Part shown: positions 1-12,457 of the stretch, one piece after another
Position numbering within the stretch: position 1 is the first letter of the stretch
Layout: each line of letters opens with the position of its first letter
Assembly: GCA_002269645.1 (NCBI GenBank)
Contig: NIVC01000010.1
Coordinates: 744,001-808,000 of the forward strand
Length of the DNA stretch: 64,000 bases
DNA from: Macrostomum lignano
Lineage: Eukaryota
Direction of reading: 5' to 3'
Notes under the pieces: model-generated
Database searches by the model: none
The model's input: only the letters and a program-made list of their open reading frames with translations
What the model was told of the DNA's origin: nothing
Made by a program: the position numbers and the translations under genes

Positions 1-427
1 AACGGAAACGGCATCTTCCCGGAGGACGGCAGCCTGTTTCACCCCGGTGAGCCGAATCATGGAGTTTCCTCCAACTGCCTCCGACTGCACGAAGACAAGA
101 CTCTGGCTGACTCGAACTGCAAATCGAGCTTCGGATTTGCCTGCGAGTTCGCGGGCGATGCCCGACTGCCGACGACTGCCGGCGTCTGGACGGCCGCCGC
201 CTTCAAGCACGAGAGCTTCAACTCCGAGTACTGCTTCACCGATGTACCGCATGTGAGCAGCGCTGTTGAGTGCGTTGCAGCCGCTATGAGTGACGCCAGC
301 TGCAGACACGTGCTGTACAACAGCAAGCTGAGAGCTCTGAGCCTGCCGCCTGCTGCTGTTCACCGACGCTCAGGTGGAGGCGGAGATCGAGACGAGCGCC
401 GACTGGGTCAAGTTCCGACTCGAGTGA
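1..427 (+). CDS. 3' end of a C-type lectin + PAN/Apple-like domain protein (partial, frameshifted near 334-340; possibly a pseudogene)
   Basis: Frame 1 from base 1 reads NGNGIFPEDGSLFHPGEPNHGVSSNCLRLHEDKTLADSNCKSSFGFACEF, i.e. the EPN motif, a WND-like LAD-x-x-C and F-x-C-E of a CTLD C-terminus. It continues ...VSSAVECVAAAMSDASCRHVLYNSKLR. Removing 7 nt (334-340) gives ACRLLLFTDAQVEAEIETSADWVKFRLE* (TGA 425-427), which completes an Apple-like Cys pattern. Confidence 0.6.
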
Positions 428-606
428 CGACAGAAGGCCAGGACCTTGAATTACCGACCCGAAACTGATGCCACTAAGCACTGAGAGGTTTTCTAGCCAA
501 TTTAAAATCTCATTCGATTTCAAAATACAATCGGGTCAATGCATTGCAAAAGAAACCCGAAGTCACGTTTTCTTTGAGTTACAAAACTTAGTCGTCTAGA
601 CAGTGG

Positions 607-870
607 CCCAGGCTCGATTCCAAGTGCAGTCACATTGATTTGGGGCTAAATTGGAATCTCGGCTTGGCTCTTCTCGGGTAATTAACGCCCTTGAGGGCTA
701 AGGCACAGTGAAGTGTACATGCCTAACGATAGATAAAGTTAGGGCCGCTGTACACTCCTGTCTGAGTGTGTGCCTGTGCGTATGACTGCGTACGTATCCG
801 CGCGCTTGTATGCCTGCTCAGGGGAGTCGGCGGAATGGACAGCAATGCCTCTCGCCGGTTTTGTGACAAT
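607..870 (+). mobile_element. tRNA-derived SINE, 5'-truncated copy
   Basis: B-box GGCTCGATTCC at 611-621. The body matches the reverse complement of the copies at 10300-10544 and 54835-55199 (e.g. CACAGTGAAGTGTACATGCC...AAAGTTAGGGCCGCTGTACACTCCTG...GGGGAGTCGGCGGAATGG). Confidence 0.75.
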
Positions 871-1033
871 GTGACAATGTAAAAGTAACTGACAACCCCT
901 TTAATACTCTAGCATATAGTCACAAGCATTACGGAATGATAATGCTACCTTTTCCTGACTAGCCTCCTATACCAACACACCCGCGGTTCCGGACGGCTTG
1001 GACCGAAATTGTGCCATAGACATTTTTTGCGCT

Positions 1034-1093
1034 CCATGACGAGACTGATGGCACGATATCGTGCCAAGCCAGCAAAACCGCATCCGACTGACG
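1034..1093 (+). repeat. piggyBac-like terminal sequence, inverted relative to 5085-5144
   Basis: 50 of 60 positions are identical to the reverse complement of 5085-5144, the TTAA-flanked end of the piggyBac. Contains the perfect 18-bp palindrome TGGCACGATATCGTGCCA. Confidence 0.65.
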
Positions 1094-1331
1094 ATTATTT
1101 ATAGTTTATGTTCGCATCATCTTTCGCGTATAGATAGCACAGCCATTGTTCAAAATGTATATGGTAATTTCGTTCAAGGCAATGACATTCATACAATGAC
1201 CGGTCATTGTTTGGAATTTTTAGAAGTGGTATAATTTTTTAAGTTAACGCGTATATTTTAAACTTAACATATAACATTCAAAAGCACACTTTTAGCTACA
1301 GTTAATTCGTCGCACAAATGTCTCACAAAAT

Positions 1332-1816
1332 TTAGTTGAACTTGCATTGATTAAAGGTGCATCCATTGAAATTGAACTTAGCCACAGGGTTGTCGTGACT
1401 ATTGAAGCCGGTAAAGCATAGGCCCGATTGGATGGAGACAGTGGCATCCGAGCCAGGAGCAGGGAATATGAATTTCCATCCTGCCGCTTCAATTTAAAGT
1501 AGAAGTACTTTAAGTTCTGATTGAGGGTTTCGGCCGGCACTTCTGAAACGTCTCGTAGTTTCTCACTCGCTAGGAAATTAAGGAAGCGTTCACCGTGAAT
1601 GTACATCTGCTTCCTCGTTTCGGCAGGTAGGCTTTCAATTTCTACTCGATCCATCTCGTTAACATCAAGTTGCTCGCCATCTAGGCACGGCAGTTCATCG
1701 TCGCGTCGGTCGATGTTTGATGTCTCGGAAATAAAGTTCAGTTCGAACGAGTCGACATTGCCTAATTCGTCGATAGGCAGATTGCGCCAATTGATTGGAA
1801 AATGAATGCCTTCCAT
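1332..1816 (-). mobile_element. Crypton-like (DUF3504/tyrosine-recombinase transposon) remnant with the recombinase core deleted
   Basis: The N-terminal part ...VPAETLNQNLKYFYFKLKRQDGNSYS resembles the L-x2-L-x2-FY-x3-R-x2-DG-x2-Y motif of DUF3504/KCTD1-N/ZMYM-type Crypton proteins. At ~1463 it switches frame into PAPGSDATVS...AKFNFNGCTFNQCKFN* (stop 1332-1334), the typical C-terminal F-x-x-C-T-F-N tail. Motif recognition by eye only. Confidence 0.5.
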
Positions 1817-2604
1817 TCTATCGCGACTCTATGAAAATGATTCTACTCGCCCGATGAACAGCGACTCTTTAAAACTCCATCGTCTTGACCATAGACATAT
1901 CATTCTCTATGATTTCGTGTGTTCTGCCGTTGTCTGGAACTGAACGAACTGATTTTTTCTAACCCTTGGCTTCTACCATAGACGTGGCAGATATTAAGAT
2001 GTGGGGGCTTCGCCCCCACACCCCCATTTCCGTCTCCCAACCACTTTGATTTCTAACCCCTAGCTGACAATTTGGACAATGATGTCGTCTGGAATTGAGA
2101 TTTCAGTTAATGGCCATAGACACCAGCGTGCGTAGGACGAAAATATTTTTTCAACAGATAGAGCCAAACATAATAGGGAATTGTGTATTTGATAAAAAGA
2201 ACATGTAAAATGATGTGAAAACCAAGCGATCCAGCAAGCGTGCGTTTATGGACCTGATAATATCGGTGTTGCAACAGTATGACTGTTCAAGAGTTCAAGA
2301 GAATGCAATAATTGGGTTGTGAAACAGAGTAAAAAATAACAACTATAAAAACAACCCGAGAAGCACAATATAAGATGCACATTTTCCTGAAAAATACAGA
2401 AAAAGCTTAGGAAAGATTCAGGAACATAAGCATTACAACAACACCTTAACTGAATTCTAACAGTAAGCTTTTAGAATATTCAGAAAGTCATTAACGAAAG
2501 TGCACGGAAAGGTTGAACACAGTCAACAATGACAAGCCAACTCGCAGGCAAGTAGTCAAGCACAGAACTCAAGTCTAAACCTGTTATTTAAAGTTAAAGT
2601 TGAA

Positions 2605-3055
2605 GGGTGCTGCGCAGAATGTCAGGCAATCTGTCTAAAGCACTGTCTGTCTGTATGTCTGTTGGCAAACTCTAACCCTCTGCCTCTGCCTCTCCCTATG
2701 TCCCTTGGATCATTTGAAACTTTTATCTTCTCTTCTGTTTCCTCTCTTTTCTCTCGTTTCTTTTCTCCTCTCTTCTTTCCTCTCTCCTCTCTACTCTTTC
2801 TCTCTCTTTTCCTCTCCCTTCTTCTCTTCTTTTCTCTTCTTAACTCTCCTCTGTACTCTTTCCTTTCCCCTCTTCTGACTCTCTCTCTTCTATTGTCTTC
2901 TCTACCCTTTTATATATTCTCTCCCTCTCTTCTTCTCTTCGCTCTCCATTCTCCTCTGTCCTCCTTAATCCCTCATTTCCCTCATCACTCCTTTCTCCTA
3001 TTTCCTTCTCTTCTCTATTCTCTGAATGTAGAGATTTCTTCTATTCTGGTTTGCT
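2605..3055. repeat. Dispersed repeat with CT-rich low-complexity tract (related copy at ~7412-7765)
   Basis: Both sites share the head GGGTGCTGCGCAGAAT(G/A)TCAGGCAAT and a CTCT...TCCCTTGGATC segment, followed by a pyrimidine-rich tract. Confidence 0.55.
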
Positions 3056-3103
3056 TCTACCATGGTAAGGTAATAAATAATTAAAACTGTACGAAGCGCC
3101 CGT

Positions 3104-5144
3104 TCAGTGCCCGTTCTGCGCATGCCACTGGTTGAAGCAGACGCCAGGGCAGAGGGCGCGGGTAGTCCTGGGCAGGTCTCGCAGACGAAGACAGTCCTTT
3201 TGGTCTGCCCAGCGGCGTAGCACGCTCGGCACCGTTTCCGAGTCCTGGGCTGGTCTCCTTGCCTGGGTGCCTTGCTCGGCAAGTGCCCACCATCGCCAGC
3301 AGCCGCGGCAGCAGCTGCCCCAGGAAGTGTCCGACGCCGCCTACAGTTTCCGGTGCGCTCCACCAGACTGCTGATGGCAAGGCGCAGAAAGCCCAGGTAG
3401 TTCTTCGTGCCGCCCGCCTGCCGGTACACAACCCAAGCATTCCTAACAAGCACGAGCATCAGGTAAAACTCAAGCTTGTGGAACCAGCGAAGGCTTTTCC
3501 GGTTCGCAAGGTACGGGTGCAGCGAGGCGTCCATGTGATCGACGCCCCCCATGTTGGCAGCATAGGCAGTGATGCTGGCTGGTTTAGCGATCATCTGGAC
3601 TTCACCGCCGCGACGAATGCGCTGGACTTAATTGCAGACAGCAGTGCCTGCGGTGTCCAAGAGGTACAAAACCTTCGTGCCGCTCTGCTTCCTGTCGACA
3701 AACTTGCAGGCAAGCAAGTCACTTGAGCGTGCAAACGCTGATGGAGTCGGGTGCAGATTCACGGCACGTAAAACTGCTGAAACACCTCGGTCCGAACGCA
3801 CAGTGCCAGTCAGCAGGGTGCCACGTTCCAGCAGCCACTTCCCAAGCCGAGTAGACGTAAACCAACTGTCCGTAAAGACATGATGGCCGAAGTGGTACAG
3901 ACCACGGCAGAGGTCGGCCACGACTTTTTCGCTCATCGATAGTTCATGACAACCGAGCCCGTTGCCAAACTGCTGGTTTGCCTCACTTGTAGTATGGACA
4001 GCAATGTTCCACAAGTTGGCACTCTCGGCCTCGCAAAGGCAGTAAATTTTTATGCCATACTTGCTTCGCTTTGAAGGGATGTACTGCTTGAATTCGACTC
4101 TGCCCTTGTAGAGGACCAGAGTCTCATCCACGGATAGTTTCTGACTGGGCATATAGTTCTTGCACAACAACTGCACTTGCTCCAGAAAGGGACGCATCTT
4201 CGCCGACAGCTCATCACCGATAGGTTGATCCGAGTCGTAGAAGCGCAGGCAGGACAATATTTGTTTGAATCGATCCCTTGACAGAGAGAACGGTTGCGCC
4301 AGAAAGTCGCAGTATAGTACACGGAATCACCCGACCAGTAGTGGGCCAGCTCTGGCTTCTTGTCAACACCCATCAAAAGCATAATGCCGATCACCTGGCG
4401 AATCTCGTCGGCCGTGCAGTCTTTCCAGCTCATGATAATTTTGGGAACAGCCTCGACGACCTCGCACTCTTCATACGTCTTCCATGCCTTGCTGTTGGTC
4501 CATCTGCGTAGGTTCTCAAACATATCGTCCGGCGGGTACAGCTTGAGGAAGGCCGACTCGTTTCCATCGGCAGTTTCAGGTGGCTGCCAGTCGGGTCGAA
4601 CTCTGCAGGTGATCCGAGAAAGTCGGGCGTTGGGGATGGCCTGTTGTCCGCCCCTTCTTGTACGAGCACCCAATCGCCAGGTGGAGCCACAAGGTTCTGT
4701 TCTTCATGTATGTCTGGATACAGCTCTTCATAGTCGCTCAGAGACTCGTCATCGGTAACTATTGGGGACTCTGTCGCGTTGTCGGTCTCCGAATCAGACT
4801 CAGAGCTCATGATTTAATTTATACTATGCTCGTCTAAGTACAACGCTGCTAGTAATAAAATGCTATAAGGCTTAAGGCAAGTTTGACTGCACCGGTGGGA
4901 ACACTAGGGCTGTGTGTCAAAGTCTACTTGGCAAAGACTGCTTGAAAAGTTGCTTCAGTCTGGAAGAGGTTTGTACACGAGCTCTAAGGCTTGAGCTAAA
5001 ACATTCTATGTGACGATATCGAACCGATAATCGAGCAGTCATGAAAAAAAATTTGACTGCTCTAATCCACCGGTCTGAGCCAGGCGTCAGTCGGGGGCGG
5101 TTTTACTATGTTGGCACAAAATCGTGCCATCAGTCTCATCGTGG
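3104..5144 (-). mobile_element. piggyBac transposon, decayed (PGBD4-like DDD transposase pseudogene)
   Basis: Acidic N-terminus from ATG 4810. Catalytic motifs SVDETLVLYKGR...QYIPSKRSKYGIK, HVFTDSWFTS and NMGGVDHMD, then WFHKL. C-terminal Cys-rich domain RCRAC...CETCPGLPALCPGVCFNQWH (stop 3104-3106). At least 4 frameshifts (~4600, ~4310, ~3620, ~3160). The 5' terminus CCACGATGAG... ends at 5144, flanked by TTAA (5145-5148). Confidence 0.9.
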
Positions 5145-6820
5145 TTAATATCAAGTCAAGACTCAAATCTGTCATTAATTAACGTGCTTTTTATTGTTAA
5201 AAAAGTACAAAAATTAACAGAGCAGCTGAAATTATAACTGTTTCCTTTGAAAGAGGGTTAAAAGCGCATTAAGCAAAGCAATAAGCTTAATAGAATCATT
5301 AAAGCGCTTAAGTTTGCGCTTATGAAAAGCAATATGAAAAGGCCCTTGCTTGCTCTGGTTCCAGAACCAGAACCAATTTGTGAAGTATAACTTTTTGTCT
5401 CCATAACAAGAGGGAGATACGTGCTATAAAGTTTTTATTATTGAATGACAATTGCCAAGAAGAAAGTGAAAAATTGTGCTAAGTTAGGTTGTTAAGGCAG
5501 TCAAATATTAACAGAGTTTAATAGTTATACTGCTGTTTTTCTTGGAATTCCGAACCGATTCTGGTTCTGGAATTGGTAATATGAAAAGGCCCCAGGATTA
5601 TAGCCCATAAAGCATCGAAAAAATCGTCTCATGCATTTTTGACCTATGGCTAAGGCTGATTTCTGTAGGTATTTTTGCAAAGGTTTTATTTTTTTTTAAA
5701 TTATATTTAGACTCCTTTTCATTAGGCTAGTAAATAATAAAACTAAAAAGATATAGCTAACAAGAAACATTTTCTTTTTTAAGTCAAATTAGTCAAGTAT
5801 TCGTGAAAACCAATGCCACCAAATGGTACCAATGACAAAAAAACTGGGGGCCTAAAACTGTGTGAGCTTGCAGCACTGAGGGCACGTGCCCTCCCCCACC
5901 CCCCCTAGAAAATGAGTTCAAGTGATAATTTTTAGTGCTTTTTTTCTGATTTTAGGCCCTAATTAACAGCTTATAAAGCCATAAAGGTAGGCCTACCTGT
6001 GCCCACTTGCCCTATGCTTAGTGCCCCCCTAAAATATTAGGCTCCACCACCCCTGATCTAAACTATGGTATGTAAAGCTTCCAAATAGAGTGAGTAGGGC
6101 CTATCTAGGCCCTAGTATTTAGTAAAATAGATTTTATCTAAGTCAAATGGTTTCAAACCTAAACCATTTTTACGGGGTCATTATTTTTGAGTAATTTAGA
6201 CTGAAATAAGTAGGCCTAAATTGCTCATTATAGTCATTTGATTCAATAGGCCCTAAGGTACATTAACAACTTAGCTATTGCTAATTTGCTATCTGTTGAC
6301 AAATTTGGTGTAACCCAAATATATTTGTTAGGCCCTAGATCGATAAGCTTTCTAGGGTATACTTTATATATCAAGCATGCAGAACAAAAAAATTACCCAA
6401 GGCACATAAAACAATAGGCTTACATATTTTTGCTAGAAAAATATGCATATTATTGGATTTTAATATAGCAATAATATTAGTAGGGCTAGGGATGCCAAAA
6501 ACCGTCAATTTTGTGGAACCGGTTAACCAGTTTTAAAACCCAGTTTTTGGCCAAAACCAGTTTCAAAATTGGTTTACCAATTTTTGTTGCCAGACCACTC
6601 AAAAAAGGTCATTTAGCATGCTCGCACCATAAAAATATGCTTGAAATTTATTTTGTATCATATCTTCTTTCTCTAGTAGTGTACTCGTCTTTTACCAAAT
6701 GAAGGGTACATTCAATTTATTATTCATTTTCAATGGGAAATTTTGTAAAGGTTGGTAGTTTTTTACTGTGCAAACAGATAAAATGGAATAATAACTGGAA
6801 AAAGTAAATCAGTGCATTAA

Positions 6821-7097
6821 CATACATGCGCAACCCCCCTGATTTACACTGGCCATGCGACTTACTTTTTGACCAGAAATGCGACTTACCTGTGAAAGAA
6901 ACCATAGAGCAACATTAACGTAATTTTGGGTAAACGGCAGGAGTAACTATGACTGTCTTATAAGGGCTAAATGCCTCGTCATCTAATTAGTACTACGTCT
7001 GTATTCTTTGGGGTGGGCATTTTTGCGACTTACCCCTGGTCCACCACAATTTACGGTGGCCAGATCGGCCAGGTCGGCCAGCAGTTGCGCATGTATG
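6821..7097. mobile_element. 277-bp hAT-type MITE nested in the larger hAT, carrying a 28S rRNA fragment
   Basis: Perfect 14-bp TIR CATACATGCGCAAC (6821-6834) / GTTGCGCATGTATG (7084-7097). Perfect 8-bp TSD TGCATTAA (6813-6820 and 7098-7105). Three internal TGCGACTTAC motifs. Confidence 0.85.
6928..6991 (+). pseudogene. 28S rRNA fragment (helix 69-71 region; R2 / I-PpoI target)
   Basis: GGGTAAACGGCAGGAGTAACTATGACTGTCTTATAAGGGCTAAATGCCTCGTCATCTAATTAGT versus the conserved eukaryotic 28S GGGTAAACGGCGGGAGTAACTATGACTCTCTTAAGGTAGCCAAATGCCTCGTCATCTAATTAGT: 3 substitutions plus a 2-nt insertion and a 2-nt deletion. Confidence 0.9.
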
Positions 7098-8769
7098 TGC
7101 ATTAATATACCTGCTTTGCTTTCTAGACTGATCTCATTATCAATAGAAACTAATTGTTTAAAAGCTATATATAATATAAATAATATTATCATATAGGCCC
7201 TACAAGCTGTTAAAACCCGTGGATTTTGAACCCAGGGAATTCTAATCCTCAGAACTATTTTTGCCTGTGTTTTAAAGTCTAAAATCATACACAAACAAAG
7301 ACTTGTTAATAGTTAGAGGTTAATGGACTTGTCAATGAATAGAGGTAAACACAGAATGGAATGAATTTGTGTAAAATTAGGATTTGAGGCAAGCATTGAT
7401 CTCGTTGGCTGGGGTGCTGCGCAGAATATCAGGCAATGTCGATCAAAAACATATATTGAAAAACTCTGACCTCTGCTTCTATCTCTCTCTATATCCCTTG
7501 GATCCTTTTAAACTTCTATCTTCACTTCTGTTTCCTCTCTTCTCTTGTCTTTTGTCTGTCCTGTCATCTCTTTTCTTTTTTCCTCTCTCCTCTCTCCTCT
7601 CTCCCCTTTTCTCTTGTCTCTTTTCCCACTTTTCTTTCTTCTTATCTTTGCTCTCTCATCTCTCCTTTCTCTTTTTTTATTGAGCTGCTCTTTTATCTCT
7701 TCATATTTCTCTCTTTTCTTGCTTCTCTCATCCCTCTCTCATCTCATCTCTTCCCTCTCCTCTTAATTGCTGTAAAAATAGAAAATTTACTTTCAAATTT
7801 TCAATAACATATGTAGTGTGCACAACACAGACTTAATAGTTCACAGTCAGTTAAATTATTAAATCAAAATCTAACCACACAACAAAATCATATTTATTAA
7901 TGACAATAGGTAATATAGTTAATAATATGATATTAAGACAGATATATTGCACATTGCTTTGTTCATTTGATCAATATGATTATTAGATTAGGCCCTATTC
8001 CTTTTCATAATATATATTTCATCTAAAAGTCATGATTTGTGATTCAAAATTCATAAATTATGGTTGAATAGTTAGAAATAGTTTGTATTAATTACGACCT
8101 GCAATATAACAATACAAAAATATATTTAAAAAAGTGAAAAAACCAGACCAAAACTGGACCGAAAAACTTGTTTTTGAAAACCTGGTTTTTGGGACCAAAA
8201 CCGGTTTTTCAATTAACTGGTTAACCAGAATTGGCATCCCTAAGTAGTGCCAATATTAATTTACTAAAGCTCCCTCAGGGCCATAGAAAAAAATTAAAGA
8301 AGTTTTGCAGTTACAGCTATACAAATTTATTTTTTACTTTTATACAAAATGCTATTATTTGTTTTTGGAATGAATTCTATCCTATTAAAAATGTTGGGCA
8401 CAATACTTAAAAAAGTATTAATGAAAAGTTAAAACCAATATTCCAATACCCATTCTGAAAAAAGTATTGCCAATACTTAAAAGTCTAATACCCAAACTTG
8501 AGTATCATTGATATCCCAATTCTGATACTTTATTCCAATACCTGTTTTTTTAAAAAGCAATATCCAACAAGTATAAATGCATAATTTTAGCTTATCAGAC
8601 CTTTTCCTAAATATAGGCAAAAAAGCAAGCAAGTTTTCTTCATTTGTTTTATATTGTCCTAGGGCTCTTAATTATTCTTTTGTTTAGCTTTACTCGCTGC
8701 CACCAAAGTTGTTGCAGGCCTATTAATTCTGTCTTTCTACTTAATGTACTTTTTGCATAAATGTACTAC

Positions 8770-8885
8770 TAATATTGGTAGTGTCTACTTATCTACTTAT
8801 ATTGGTAGCATCTACTTATCTATTTATATTGGTAGCGTCTACTTATCTAATTATATTGGTAGCGTCTACTTATCTAATGGTAGCG
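8770..8885. repeat. 27-bp minisatellite (~4 copies)
   Basis: Unit ~CTACTTATCTACTTATATTGGTAGCGT. Confidence 0.8.
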
Positions 8886-10299
8886 GTTGTACATGTATTG
8901 TACCTTTTGCCTGAGCGGTCTATTGGCACTATCTACTCTTATATCTCTCAGTCGTGGTGTTCCTAGGATCAGAGGGTCACAGCTTTATATTTTCCCTGCC
9001 CTGAGGCCACTTTCCCTCGCTATGAAGCGGTTCTTCTGCCCTGAGGCAAATTCACTATTTTCTATCATTTTCCTGCCCTGAGGTGATTCTCACTTTTTAG
9101 CGGATATTAATACTACTCCCAATTTGGGGCTTCTACTCTAAGAAATGATTAAATCTTTAAGTGATTTCAATATTTAGAACAAACTAAGTTTGCTTATTGA
9201 AAACCAAGAGGCAGCAAACGGTTGCTTCCTCAAGTCTGCTCAACGTGTCTATTTATACCCAAAATTCATTATAGTTTAAACAAAATAATAATTGCAGAAA
9301 TATTTTTGCAAACCACAACATTCAAACAAATAAATATTTCACATGGATTTGAATAAAGGAATTTCTAAGAAAGGTGAACATAAAACGAGTAAAATTTAAA
9401 AGTATTAGAGCTATTATTAATGCCTGTCTCAATATGAAGAAACCTTCAATAAAACAAAAAAAATAAAAAACAATCTTTTGCCACTATAGTCAATCAGATA
9501 ACTACATATATACTAGCCACTATAGTCAATCAGATAACTTATTGCTTTAGTATAGTGTGGTAGCTTGATGATCTGTGATTGCTACACCTGCAGGCTTAAA
9601 AATAAAACAATTATTATAATTACTTTTAAGTAGGCCTAATGCAAATTAAGCATATACATTGGATTAAAATAAAAATTCTTGCAAATTGTGGAAATTTATA
9701 TCATACCAAGTTTTTAAAGAACACTAAAGCAGCTTAATAAAATGAAGTATTTGCTACCATTTTCAATGACCTTCTAGTATTGCTTGTGAAGACTTGTGAT
9801 GCTAGCTTTATAGAACTTTGCTAGTTTTGAGATGAAAAAGTTTTTTAGCCAAATATTGAGTTCTTACTGCTTATTCAATGATTTCTTAGCTTTTTTGATA
9901 AGGATAGAAGCAATTGATAATTGGATGATAAAAAGTCTAGTAAATTAGGTTGGTGGGATAAAATTTCCCAAGTAGCTTTTGCTAGATAACCTACATAGCC
10001 ATAGTACATGTTGGCTATGCATAGTAAAAAAACAGATAAGATTTAGATTCATACTAGCAATCTTTGCCCCCTAATAGGGGACATCTAGATAGAATCTCTG
10101 TTCTCTATAAGTAACAAACCGACAACAAAATAAAGCCTTCACAAAGACAACAGACATTCCCTCTAAAAAGAAAACATCCTAAGACCACAAGCATCCCCCA
10201 GATAGCAAGCACCCCCCAAATACAATAGCAAGCACCCCCAAATACAATAGCAAGAAGCATCCGGCTGCTATCCTGGTGTGGCAGGATATACAAACACAA

Positions 10300-10544
10300 G
10301 GATATGTGCACAGTCATATGCACAGGCACACTCACACAGGAGTGTACAGCAGCCCTAACTTTATTTATTGCTAAGCATGTACACTTCACTGTGCCTTGGG
10401 GGTTGGCCTTCAAGGGTGTTAATTGCACAAGCAGAGCCAAGCCAAGATTACAATTCAGCCTCAAATTAATGCGACTGCATTTGGAATCGAGCCTGGGCTT
10501 CTGGTGCATTAGAGTGCTGTGCTTGACCACTGGGCTATGGCCCC
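10300..10544 (-). mobile_element. tRNA-derived SINE
   Basis: The minus strand starts GGGGCCATAGCCCAGTGGTCAAGC (A-box TAGCCCAGTGG) ... CCCAGGCTCGATTCC (B-box). The body is shared with the copies at 607 and 54835. Confidence 0.8.
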
Positions 10545-10747
10545 ATTATCACGCATCAGTTTCACTTCATAGTTCCTAATGTTTTGGTAACTCAATTATA
10601 GAAACTCTTGTTACAGATTGATGGTGGTTAAAGTTTAGTTTTATTAAAAATTAAAGCATTGTAAACACAAACTATTAACAAATTACAGCTGCCGTCTGTT
10701 TTCTGTAACTCTGTTTAAATCCGACGGGACAGCCCAGATCTTAATAA

Positions 10748-12457
<1,710 letters not shown>

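Larger units (their letters stand above)
6487..8242. mobile_element. Non-autonomous hAT-type DNA transposon
   Basis: 12-bp TIR TAGGGATGCCAA (6487-6498) / TTGGCATCCCTA (8231-8242). 8-bp TSD AGTAGGGC / AGTAGTGC (7 of 8 match). Subterminal clusters of AACCGG/AAACCAG motifs at both ends. No transposase ORF. Confidence 0.8.

Noticed and set aside
1014-2120. Four CCATAGAC motifs and a GTGGGGGC-TTC-GCCCCCAC hairpin (~2001-2019) as possible element termini
   Set aside because: No consistent TIR/TSD pairing could be established; probably fragments of old DNA elements.
5331-5592. 15-bp direct repeat AATATGAAAAGGCCC with inverted GGTTCC/AGAACC motifs between the copies
   Set aside because: Both copies are in the same orientation with no TSD; insufficient to define an element.
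6928-6991. Functional rRNA gene
   Set aside because: Only 64 bp long, mutated, and inside a MITE.
10470-10544. Possible tRNA gene (also at 55130-55199)
   Set aside because: There is no complementary 3' acceptor strand, and the head continues into a shared SINE body.
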